The translations under genes were made by a program, and so were the position numbers. From Phoronis australis (taxonomy: Eukaryota > Animalia > Phoronida), in assembly GCA_002633005.1 (NCBI GenBank), contig NMRA01000604.1, forward strand, positions 101,955 through 165,954: DNA of 64,000 nt, written 5' to 3'. The notes beneath the pieces are model-generated. The model searched no databases, was not told where the DNA came from, and saw nothing but the letters and a program-made list of their open reading frames with translations. Position 1 is the stretch's first letter. The number at the start of each line of letters is the position of its first letter. This document shows, one piece after another, positions 35,201-46,100 of this stretch.

Positions 35201-38200
35201 TGCTTATTACCTTCACTTTTACATCTAAAAACTAACCTGATTCATCTTCAATTCAACTCGATGAAGCTCGGGTAAAAATTGGTCATTTCCTGCTTAGCTG
35301 TCTTACACTCATACTCTCCACTTTGCATGATCAGCTTATAATAGCTGTTTCAATTACTGCCAAATCGGATCCCACTTAATGGAATACTCCGCTTATTATC
35401 ATAAATTTACCTCGAAACCAAAGGTATGTATTAAGGGGGCAGCACTGTATAAGTCTCTACACAGAGGCGGGCTTGTTTTCAGAAAAGACTTCTTTGTAAG
35501 TCCACAGAACCTCATTTCATACATTGCATTCTTACTTGAAATTGCAGAGTCTAAACAGAAGGTGAAGACCATTTCTATTCCGGTCGACTTTAATGGTGGT
35601 CAAGAGATTTACTCCAAGCTACGTGCAGAGCTAGTTGCCCTGGAAATTGGAGTCTTGGGTAAGTAACTGCGAGGTGCTTATGAAAGCCTCCGTACTTTTC
35701 AAAGACGTTCCTCTGATTGGTGAGCTGAATCTGGTGAAAGTTTTTATGAAAGCAATTACAAAATTCGTTCTAAGCTCTCCAACCCTTTCAGCTATTTCAC
35801 CGAAGGAGACGGGTGGCCCTTGATGATCTGATTGATTGAATTTTCAGGGCAGGTCTATGGATTAGGATCAATTACGGATGAATTGGCCTTTGCATAGCAA
35901 ACTGAATGTAACATGGGACAGATGTTGGTTTGACATATGTGGACTAATGTAATACTAATATTATCAAAACGCTAGTAATATAATGCCCGTGGTGTAACAT
36001 TTTCTCAAAGTTGTTATCGTCATTTAATTTTCCTATGATTCTCACAAAAATGACACCGAGGCGATAATATGATATGTGACATAACAGTAAAAGTCAGGTA
36101 TAATTCACCCGCAATTTGAAAACCAGTTTTCTCCTATGTGTAATGGGCATCAAACAGGTAAATGTACACGTTATGTCCGACTATTGCCGACGTAATGGTT
36201 CATTTGCATGTGAAGACCACTGTCCGAGGTTTTGGCTTGTATTCATGAGCAGTTGTACACACATTGCATCTGTCAACAATGTGAAATGCATGTTTGTTTG
36301 CAGTGGGATCCTGCTCACCAGGGGTATGTTACATGACATGTTTTTGTTTTCATAACTATTGTAGTGAACAACGTTGGATTCGCGTATGAATATCCAGAGT
36401 ACTTCCTAGATGTTAATGATGGCGATGAGGTAAGTTTGTATTATTTATAGAGGCTGTGCCACCTAGTGGTATAAGTGTCCAACGTGTCCCAGACCACTTG
36501 TTATTAAAGACTGTCAGTGGTAGTTGTTCCTTTACCTATTCCTATTACCTCTGTAGGCAAGCCTGGGTTGTACATTTGGAAAACATCAATTAAGGGATCA
36601 AAAGTCGAATCCAAATATACATTCGGGCGTATATTTGGTATTGACCCATATATGGTCAGGTGTATCAACATTGTAGTTGGCGTGCAATTTCAAAGTTCCC
36701 GTCACCTTTTCATCGCTGTAATACTGTAATGAAAATTGTTTGTTTTACAAGATTGGCGTATGTATCATTGAAAATTGATTTTGATGTCCATTTCCTACGA
36801 AACTGGGAACAATTCTGATGGTACACCATCACCTAAAATGGCTGGCGTAGTCAGTGACGGCCGACTCGAGCATTATACGTACTCACACACTCACTCAATT
36901 GCCGTCATATGTAATGAGTAAACCCTGCACACTTTTACAAAAAATATTAATTGTAAAATGAGGCAATCACCAACAAGGCTGAAAGTTTATATTTTTGTCA
37001 CGTATTTCGACTGACAAACCTCGTCCAGTGTTGTGTATGGACGAATGTAAAGGAAAGTGTTTCTTTGACATTTTGAATGAGCTGATGATGTCAGAGCTGT
37101 ACTGACGTCATTTTATTTATAGACTTTTTATAAATCACACAAACTGACTTACCTGGTTAAGTTATTGTTGTTAAGTACTCTTAAAATGTCGCTTGTCACG
37201 ATGTATTTATTTTTCATCCTTTCAGATTACTTCCTAAAATTTGAACTGATAATTGTTGAAGTAATGCACTTGTTTCATTTTCAGTTTTCTTTGCGAATGA
37301 TCCGAGTCAACATGGTGTCAGCAGTTATGGTAAGCGAATACCTTTGACGGTCTTTGTACTGAATTGGAAATATAATAATAATCTTTTGTCTTGGTTATTC
37401 CTTTTCCATCTTCAGATTATAATTCATTGTAGTGAGTCCTGTGTCATGACCAGCTTTTTATATTTGCAAGGTAAATTTTCCTGAAAAGTTATTGTTGTTG
37501 AGAAATTTGACACAACGGAATTTCCCGTCCGTCGTTTATCATCCCAAGCTGGAGACTTTACCGTGGCCCTATCCTATGAATGTCACATGACTAGGTATGT
37601 TGACAGTTGAAAAGGGGCTACAAGAGAGTTGGGATGGGTTAGTTTTGAGCTGTTTTCTGGGAAACAAAACTGTCAGAATGAGTTTTTGAGACCTGTGCGT
37701 AATGCTAATCTTGAGTCTGCAAGGAATAGATTAAGACCAGCCTTATAATAGTGAGTGGAAACAATCAGAATCTGGGTCTACAGCACTGTAACTGGGTGTG
37801 TGTGCTCATGTCCACAATAACGGATTTCATCCAAACTCTCTGAAAACCACCAAAGTTTGCAACGCTTTACAAATTGTGTCCATTTTGTTGAGTTTCCAGG
37901 GGTCTGTTGAATGAAACATGACGTCTGCAAGACTTATTAAGTCATAAGTTTGTGGTCTTGCCTTGCCACTTCACAGTTACTGAATAAAAGTTTAACCATG
38001 CAATCATGAGCATGTCACAACCTGGAAATAGTATTAATACAGATTTTCTCGGGAACTAGCAATTACAAGACTTTGTACTTTTGCTCATGGGAGATTGAAT
38101 GATTATTCAGAACTGAAATAGTTATGTGGTGCGTAAGACAAAATTTCTGTTGTAAGTCACATTTCATGAAACATGCCTCAGTTCATGTCTTATTGTCAAC

Positions 38201-40606
38201 TGTGCGTCACTGTTACAGATGACTCGTATCATCCTGCCTCAGATGCTCGAGAGGAAGAAGGGAGTCATTATCAACCTGTCATCGGCCGCCTCCACCCAAC
38301 CTACACCTTTCTTGACTATCTACTCTGCTGCTAAGGTAACATTGAGACGTCTTTTAACCAAAACAAATGGTTTCATCCCAAGACATGAATTAAAACAATG
38401 GTTTTCAAACACAGCTCTGTCTGATTGTAGTATTTATTGTATAAACGAACACGAATGTGTTTAGAGAAAGGTGATTAAAGTATCATACTCTGTATTGTAT
38501 TGTGGATTGTTACTTCTCCAGGTGTTTGTGGATTACTTCTCACGTGGATTACAAGCCGAGTACTCATCAAAGGGAATCACCATCCAGGTAGGACCTGCAG
38601 GCCTGTACTCAGGGTTATCAGATACAGTGCAAGCCAAAAGTATTAGACAAAATTACCCGAAATTCCCAGTTATGACGGCTGTACAGAAGTACCACGGGAC
38701 CCACCAGGTGTCACTTGCGAGTAATTAGCGTAATGTGTAAGGTTGTGCTGTGCAGCAGAATGTGGGGCAATATTTCAATGTACACAGTGCTGCCGGTCAC
38801 ATGTGTGTGTTGTGAATGCACACAGTTGTCGGTCCATGTGCTAGGTTTCTTGTCAGCATTGTTTGACTTTTGACGTGTTATGAACCCAACTCCACACTAA
38901 AGACTGTTGATGCACCTACTAGTAATGAGAGTCAACCTTGGTGTAGAAAACTGTGATTGCTGATGGACGTGTCTCAGTCTGACTTACTGAGACTCAGCCC
39001 CCATTACACGGTTTTCACTCAGTTTATTTCTTTCAGAGCGTTGTTCCGTACTTTGTTGCCACGAAATTGTCTGGCATTCGTCGATCCTCGTTCTTCATCC
39101 CATCTGCTCAACAGTACGCGAGGGATGCACTGAACACAGTCGGTATTCAGGAGAAGACTTTTGGCTACTGGACTCATGCATTGATGGTAAGAGATGAAGT
39201 TACAATATAGGAAAGGAAAAATAATGCAAGTTGTGTCAGATACTGTACATACCGATCCCAAGGGTAGTATTGGGTCAGTGTGCCGGGACCAGTCAATTTT
39301 CAGGCAGATTCAACCTCTGCAGCCCCCCCCCAGTGGCCATTTTGTCCAGTTGTCTGCTCCGGATATCTCAAAAAATCCAAGGATGTAGGGCATCAGTAGG
39401 ACGGTGCATGCCACTTTTCAGAGTTTCTGGGGAACAGCATTTCCACGTAACATCTACTGTATAAATGATGGCCAGATTTTGATGAAAGTTTAGACAGGGG
39501 ATGCGTGATGGCAGTGCTCTGGCACAACTCGATTTTTTGGGTGAATTTGACCTCTGCAGTACTCCAAAGTGGCCATTTTAGTCTTGACAAGGGTTTCTTA
39601 AAATTTTTGAGATCGTTCCGGGATCATATATAGGAAAGTTCGTTATGAATTTCAGCGAAACTTTGGCATAGAGATATGTGATGGCAATATGCTGGAATTC
39701 ACTACTGCAGCACTCTCAAGAGGCTTGTTCCGTTTTGGAAATGATGGCAGCTATCAGTTTTACGCAATGTTGTGCCAATATGTCATTTTGTGTCTGTCTA
39801 GCCACGCAGTTGTTCTAATGAAAAGAAGTAAGACTAGACTGCTAATTATTGGATGCCTGGCGCTGTGCCAATTCGCAGTTTGTTTTCTTTTTTGTTGCAA
39901 AGTGATAAGTTTACGTTTAGCAAACATGTTTAAAAATAGCCATGATATTCTGTTGTCTGCATTAAGTCATTTTAGGCCTTACAGTCTAGCCGTGTTTCAA
40001 GGAACTCTCCCAGGACTTTGCTTAAGTATTTGTTGTTACCAAAGGCATTTGTAAAGTAGAGTTGGCAAGGGACTTGTGGAGTAGCAATGGAGGGTGATTA
40101 CGTCACAGCCCTTGCAAGTACTCCGAATTAGACAAAAAAATATGACGACTATTTAAAATTTTACGCTCATGCTATAGTATTTGTGAACCATACAGATTAA
40201 CACATCAATCACTTGTTCTAAAACAGAGTGTAACTGGAGAAATTCCAGTTACAACTTTTGACCTAATGCAATTTCCCGTAGAAAAGTGGCAAGGGTTAGA
40301 ACCAAGATGGCGTAATCTCCTACACGACCCCAGTAAGGTGACGTAACACTTTACGTCCTTATGGAGTTAAAGTCAGGCATTTTGAAGCAGGTTCACTGTT
40401 ACACTGTCTGACTGCCAAAAACGTGCAAAATTAAATTTCTTGAAGCTTCTTGTTTTAAAACTTCCAAGACACCTGACTTTATTTTACAGGGCTTTCTTAT
40501 CAGACTCATGCCGTCGTCGTTCCAAAAATACACCACAAGAGTTACCATGGAAACCGTTCGCAGCAAGGCCCTGGCAAAGAAGGCTCGTAAGGCGAAAGCA
40601 AACTGA
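26041..40606 (+). CDS. HSD17B12: Very-long-chain 3-oxoacyl-CoA reductase / 17-beta-HSD12-like SDR (10 exons, 326 aa)
   Basis: Exons 26041-26227, 33016-33062, 33504-33579, 35548-35658, 36365-36429, 37285-37329, 38219-38335, 38522-38587, 39037-39186, 40490-40606; total 981 nt. Motifs WAVVTGATDGIGKAYA, LVNNVG, YSAAK, PYFVATK, C-terminal KAKAN (KxKxx ER retrieval). Confidence 0.93.
26243..27177. mobile_element. Foldback-type MITE with about 280-bp inverted arms and TA flanks
   Basis: GGCAATGAC...GTCATTGCC termini with TA on each side; ORFs 26247(+) and 27173(-) translate to near-identical peptides because they read the two arms. Confidence 0.85.
27195..29948. mobile_element. 2.75-kb non-autonomous DNA transposon, 11-bp TIR TAGTGAGAACA, 7-bp TSD CTAGAGT
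   Basis: Perfect TIRs at 27195-27205 and 29938-29948; direct repeat CTAGAGT at 27188-27194 and 29949-29955. Confidence 0.8.
28005..28285 (+). repeat. Degenerate tandem repeat inside the TIR element (about 4 units)
   Basis: Recurrent ggcatcctcaaggaagggg..caaac...agtcagtggagt. Confidence 0.7.
30278..31900 (-). mobile_element. 5'-truncated, decayed non-LTR retrotransposon (CR1/L2-group-like RT) with (GAA)n tail
   Basis: KAAGPDEISP, QHGF..RSCETQL, FSKAFDKVSH, SGVPQGSVLGP.LF..YINDLP, RLFADD, LNWPTLQERR, SFFPSTI..WNRLP; frameshifts and an internal deletion near 30900; (CTT)4 at 30277-30288. Confidence 0.92.
30901..31410 (-). pseudogene. Reverse transcriptase core fragment of the LINE
   Basis: From ORF 30901-31464; first catalytic Asp replaced (VLVFSKAFD for VLDFSKAFD); FADD retained. 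Confidence 0.85.
33016..33062 (+). CDS. HSD17B12: HSD17B12-like exon 2
   Basis: VVTGATDGIGKAYATE. Confidence 0.93.
33504..33579 (+). CDS. HSD17B12: HSD17B12-like exon 3
   Basis: LAKRGLNIVLISRSADKLADVALEI. Confidence 0.93.
34415..34878 (+). repeat. 58-bp minisatellite, 8 near-identical copies
   Basis: Unit taagcactctgcatattgaaagcttcacagtctctattattctctttatgaagccata starting at 34415, 34473 ... 34821. Confidence 0.97.
35548..35658 (+). CDS. HSD17B12: HSD17B12-like exon 4
   Basis: ESKQKVKTISIPVDFNGGQEIYSKLRAELVALEIGVL. Confidence 0.92.
36365..36429 (+). CDS. HSD17B12: HSD17B12-like exon 5
   Basis: VNNVGFAYEYPEYFLDVNDGDE. Confidence 0.93.
37285..37329 (+). CDS. HSD17B12: HSD17B12-like exon 6
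   Basis: FSLRMIRVNMVSAVM, 45 nt, phase 0/0. Confidence 0.88.
38219..38335 (+). CDS. HSD17B12: HSD17B12-like exon 7
   Basis: MTRIILPQMLERKKGVIINLSS...TIYSAAK. Confidence 0.95.
38522..38587 (+). CDS. HSD17B12: HSD17B12-like exon 8
   Basis: VFVDYFSRGLQAEYSSKGITIQ. Confidence 0.94.
39037..39186 (+). CDS. HSD17B12: HSD17B12-like exon 9
   Basis: SVVPYFVATKLSGIRRSSFFIPSAQQYARDALNTVG...GYWTHALM. Confidence 0.94.
40490..40606 (+). CDS. HSD17B12: HSD17B12-like exon 10
   Basis: GFLIRLMPSSFQKYTTRVTMETVRSKALAKKARKAKAN*. Confidence 0.88.
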   Translation, partial: GFLIRLMPSSFQKYTTRVTMETVRSKALAKKARKAKAN

Positions 40607-40902
40607 ATGTTTCACAAACTCTGCTCAAGTGATCAAAGTGTTGTGTTGTTGGTTTAATATAAGTGTGGGACATTTTTTCTCCATTTTCCTTGTCTTTGTC
40701 GTTTGTTTTATGGTAATTCTCTTATTTAGGAGACAATATGACCGAAATTCGATTTTTATCAAATTTCTCCACTAAATAAACATTAAGAAAATTCTAGACT
40801 ATTTCTAGGCTAGTTCTTAAATGAGAATATGTCATAAAACCACGTTCGTTAAAGTTTCCATTATTTATAGCAAGGTAATCAGTCTAGGTAAATTGCAGTT
40901 AA

Positions 40903-41078
40903 GTGTGCGAGGCTCATGTTGATCCAGTGCTAGCGTAGCATTCCTTGAGTGTGCGAGGCTCATGGTGATCTTGTGGTAGCATAGCATTCCTTGAGTGCGC
41001 GAGGCCCATGGTGATCCAGTGCTAGCACAGAATTCCTTGTTTGTGCGAGGCTCATGGGGATCTAATGCCAGCATTCCT
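40903..41078 (+). repeat. About 46-bp tandem repeat x4 downstream of the HSD17B12 stop
   Basis: gtgtgcgaggctcatg(g/t)tgatcc..gctagc..agcattcctt repeated. Confidence 0.85.
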
Positions 41079-43053
41079 TTATACATGTTTAATTTATTTG
41101 ACGAGCAAGTGCAGTGTCCATCACATGCTATCATTTAGCTTTGTACTGTAAATTTTCTCAGAACATCCTCACAACTCTAAGTGGTCAGAGAATTTTGTGT
41201 GCCTAAAACCTTCTTCAGTAATTGGTTTAACAATACAATAGGCTTGAAAGTAGAAAACCAGGCTTTGAAATTATACTGGAATGGCTCTGCAGTGATATTT
41301 TAGCACCCAGAGACCACAAGTGTTTGTATAAAATTTATTATTGCAAATTTTCTCTAAAGATATGCTAATTGGTGTTTATATTAATTGTCAAAACACAAAT
41401 GGTGGCAATAAAATTATTTAAATGTGATACAAAACAAGGTGATACTTGCTCAATAGAGACAGTGGTTTATTGCTTTGTGCAGCTAATTATATAACAACAC
41501 AGTAAGAACAATTACTAGAATATTCTTCAAATAGTTCAGTACACAATAAATAAGAAACTAGCCTCATGATAAAAGAACAAAAATGAATCTGGTACAAGTA
41601 GAGTTCAATAAAGCTTGGACCTCTGATTCCAAACGATGTGAAAACTATTTCCATCCCAAAACAGGTCCGTCTATGTCAGAATGCCAAAAAGCCATAGATT
41701 TGATGCAATGGGTCAATAACTTTGCAACTGAGCCACTTCCCATCAATTGCAGGTGATCTCTAATTGCTTTAGCAAAAAATGGTCATCATAGTAAAGAAAA
41801 TCCAGACCACTTTTTATAGTTCATCAGCAATTTCATGATTGTTGGTGATGCATAAGCCACAGGTAGGGCGGACCATGGAAATGGATCAGTTTAAATGCTG
41901 AACAATATTGCACAAGAATTATTGCAATCATTACAAAATAGAGACCTTGGTTCGCATAAAACGGTACATTATTGTATACCGGCCAACACATTCAAGATTA
42001 AACATTCAAAGCAGACTAATCCCATGATACTGGACTTCAACAGGTCAAACCTTTCCATAAACAGGATCAAATTTCAGACAGTGGATTAAAAAACAATTTT
42101 AAAGTGCAACGACGATGATCAGGTTTTGTAAAAATTATAAGCAAAAAAAAAGCAGAAGGAATCGAACAATAAAAAATGCAAAAAATTGCCAATTTCCAAC
42201 AAAAGGTTGGCAATTTTGAGAAGTACATTGTAATATGACATCACTTCACAGTTGAGTGAGCATGCGCCTTGAACAAGCCTTTCGACTTAATTGCCAAGCA
42301 ACACATTCAACTCTATACATTTCAATATCAAAACCCCAAAAAATTGGGTTAATTAGTTAGTCTATGAAATGTAAACGATCAGTGTTTTGTTGCCGTGTTC
42401 ATAAAAACACGACCTAGACAATATCACATGATCGACTGTTGGTTGAAGCAAAATGCCAAAGGTTGGACTATGCATCACGCGATCTGAGAACACACGACAG
42501 AACAAAGACAAAAACACTGAAATTTTCCTTGCAGTTTGCAGGCTATTTCCTGACAGGTTTGCTGATTTTTTTGGTTGGGAATTTTAAAATGGAACCATTC
42601 CTGGGTTTCTGTGAGGAAATAGGTGGAATTCAGAGACTTTTCCTAAAAATTCTAATTACAAGAACCGAGTCACTGAGATGATCTTTAAGTTTCAATGAGT
42701 CGATAACACAATAGACGTTACCTTTGAGCATATTTAATCAACACTCGACACAGGAAAAATGTCCGCTTGAAAATATGAGTGACAGCATATTTGATGCTCG
42801 TATTCCTAGTTTTGGGCTTGTCAACAGTGACGCCTGTACGAGAGAGATCCATTTAAAACTCGTGTTTTACTTTTTCCACTTGTATTTTCGAGCGTTTACC
42901 GGCTCACATCGAGCCCTGTACCTGTTTTAATGTCTAACTTTACTATCGACACAGGGACAAGGTATATTTTACTTTACAGTTATCGCTACAATTTGTAGTA
43001 AGTGCACACTACAACAATACCACTGCGTGTGTTCCAATCCCGAGCGGACCCCA

Positions 43054-43161
43054 TCAAGTGCTTTTCTTCATTCTCTCCTTGCAAATCCAGCGTAAGAACA
43101 GATTCACGTATGTAAAATAGGGCAACCATACACTCTCAGGCATAGACTCAACAACCCACTT
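43054..43161 (-). CDS. HSDL1: HSDL1-like exon 7
   Basis: KWVVESMPESVWLPYFTYVNLFLRWICKERMKKST*. Confidence 0.85.
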   Translation of the reverse strand, partial: KWVVESMPESVWLPYFTYVNLFLRWICKERMKKST

Positions 43162-46100
43162 CTGCAATACAGATCACAAAAGAAATGACGAACCTGGCTC
43201 AGAACTTCCACCTTCACGTCTATCATTCAAAACTATTGACTGCTATGGCTAGTAGTAGTAGTAGTAATACACTTTATTCACTTTAAGTCAAAAACCAAAA
43301 AATACAGTTGATACAAATTTACGCTTATGGAGACTCCGTGAAGGACCAGAGAGGTCCGCTGACCACGGAGCCACCAGAGATAAGGTTGTTCACCATCTCA
43401 GAGCCACTTTGAAATTAAGATTATGAAGGGCCTTATTGAAAAGTCTATGTATTAAGTCAAATATCTACAAGATTATAGATTTCAACTCAGTAAGTAGAAA
43501 ACCAGTTGAATTTGATGTCTGACTTTTCACCAATCTGTTACTAATTGAGTCACATGACCATGCCTTTTTAGTGAAATTTAGTAAAAGTCCTATATTTTGA
43601 TAGCCCCTCATGTAAAAAGGAACACTTTAAAAACGATTTCTATCAGCGTTTTGGAGAATATTTCATAAAGCATAGTATCTGAAAGTTTCATTCAGATCCA
43701 ATCAACCCTTTCTGAGAAATGATGTCCCGTAATTAGCCAAATTTTCAAAGGGTCCTACATGAACTTAAAAGTGGAAGGACTATAAAACGGTTAATTACGG
43801 TAAATACATACACCCGTGGTGCTTAGCAAATTCAAGAAAAACAAAAGAGATAAACATAATCAGGTGGACAGAGATGAAAATCGATATCTCGGTTGCAAAT
43901 TCAAGTCAATGACTGGAGGATCCCCAGAGATATTTGTGGTGCGACACGGCAATTCAAGAAAATCAGCATAGATTACATAAATAGGTCAATGAGGACGAGT
44001 CAAACAGCACTAGTTTTGATTCCAAATTCAAATTTACGGCAGAGTTCTAATGCCAGCGCATAGCAATGTTGACAAATTCGAGAAAAATACCTGCACATTG
44101 TGTGGCAAGAAACCAGTAGATCGACTGCTTCTACCGAGCGTGTACAGGGCGCTCTTTGCGTACGTGCTTGGTGATGGCACAACCACTGAAGGACGAATCA
44201 ACTGGTCAGAGTACTGAATCATAGATGTGGCGATGTAGGATGGTATCAAGCTGAGCATATCAACCCCACTGTTTTTGTATTCGTGTGTCAGGGCCCGCGT
44301 GAAGTAATCAACATAGGTCTGAAAAGTTAATGACAGCCACTGCATAACAGGCATACTATTCCTGTGTGAGGGCCCATGTGAATTAAGCAACATAGGTCTG
44401 AAAAGCTAATGACAGTGATTGCATAACACATGTCTAAGAAATACTAATTTCTAGTATCAGGCTCAGTATATTATCAATACTGCCATTCTGGTATTCACAA
44501 GCCCAAGCCTGCAGGTTTGACAGAAGACTAACATCTCACGTTATGAAATTCATTATGGGTTGGGCTATTCAGAATCAACAGGGGTAATAAAACAATTTAT
44601 CTTTTTAGCTATGACCATTAACACCTAATCGTGACAGGAGAAACTTCACCACCACGCAAAAATAGCTAAAAAAATAAAACTGCTGGTAACCATGATAACC
44701 CACAAGTCACACCGCTACTTTCGCTGTTTGTGGATTGAATGGGAAAAATATAAAATCAGAGTTTGAATTGTCCCCCCTAATAAACACATTCATTTTATCT
44801 CATTTCGTAATTGGTATTTCAGCTTGATGGCCGACATTTGGGCCAGGGCACACTTATGAAGTGGATGAAGAAACGGCAAGCTTTATTCATTTTACTGAAG
44901 AGAATGTACTGCATTGTGAATTACAATGCAAGAGACATTCAACAGCTTAATGAACCATAGCCCAGCCCCAAAATGACTGCATGGACTGTGTTATACATCG
45001 TCTGCTATGCCGGTTAATGCGGATTCAGCTGATTTATGTTGAGCAAGACGATGTCAACGGAAGTTTCATTACACAAATTAGTTTATTACGCCTAAAAAGT
45101 TTACTTTTTTCGTTCTATATCCATCACGTCATGGATGATGGTCGGGTTAAGGTCCTGTTTATGATTAGTACACACAACAAGGGGATCCCACTTCCCATAC
45201 TCCCGTGTGGCAATGGCCCTTGTATTCCATTTTGGCCATTCCCCACAACGCTCCTATCGAAACCCAGAGGAAACACTGAAAGGCCTGTCATGTGTGAATG
45301 ACTCAATGATTTACAACAGTCCCCACAATTCTAAGCCACTATTTGAATAGTTACCCCTTCCAAGCCTAACATATTCATGGAAAAGCAACTTTAAGAAAAC
45401 TTCACTATGTTGTTGCCATAGTTGACCAAGTGCAACATAAACTACACTTCATTTGTTATCACTAAGGAATTGAACACTTGCCACAATGAAAATGTCAATT
45501 TAGGGACTATTTTTTTCTCAACTTGAAAACATTCATTAAATTATTTACGACAACTAACCAACCAGATTTTAAGTAACTTAAAAACCTCACCATTCCAAGA
45601 AAAAATCCTTGCTAACACTATAACTTGAATGCTATTTGATACTGATTTATTTCAGAGAAGATGTAACAAATTCAAATGTTTGGTATAGTAAATAATAGAT
45701 GCTGATATAGGCCAATAGTGAATCAAATAAACAAATAAACACAGTCGAGTGCAAACAGTAATTGCACAGATACCAGGTCCTCAGTAGCTCAGAGCACTAA
45801 AATGGCAATTTCGAGACCTGTGGTTTGATGCCCATTTGGGGTTCCTGATTTGTTTGAGTGTTTATTTGTCCATTAAATGTTAGAGCTTGCTCACCACACC
45901 CATTCTAGACACTTTCCAAATGCACATTTACCTTAGTGGCTGCGTAGACCGTCACAAGAGGACCAGGTCGGACAGATGCTAAGGAAGACATGTTGATAAT
46001 GGCACCTCTCCCTCTCTCAACCATCTGAGGTAGGAACATATGGGTCATCTGTAACCAATGTATTACGGTCAAATGACTGGACAATTTAATGGGGGTAAAT

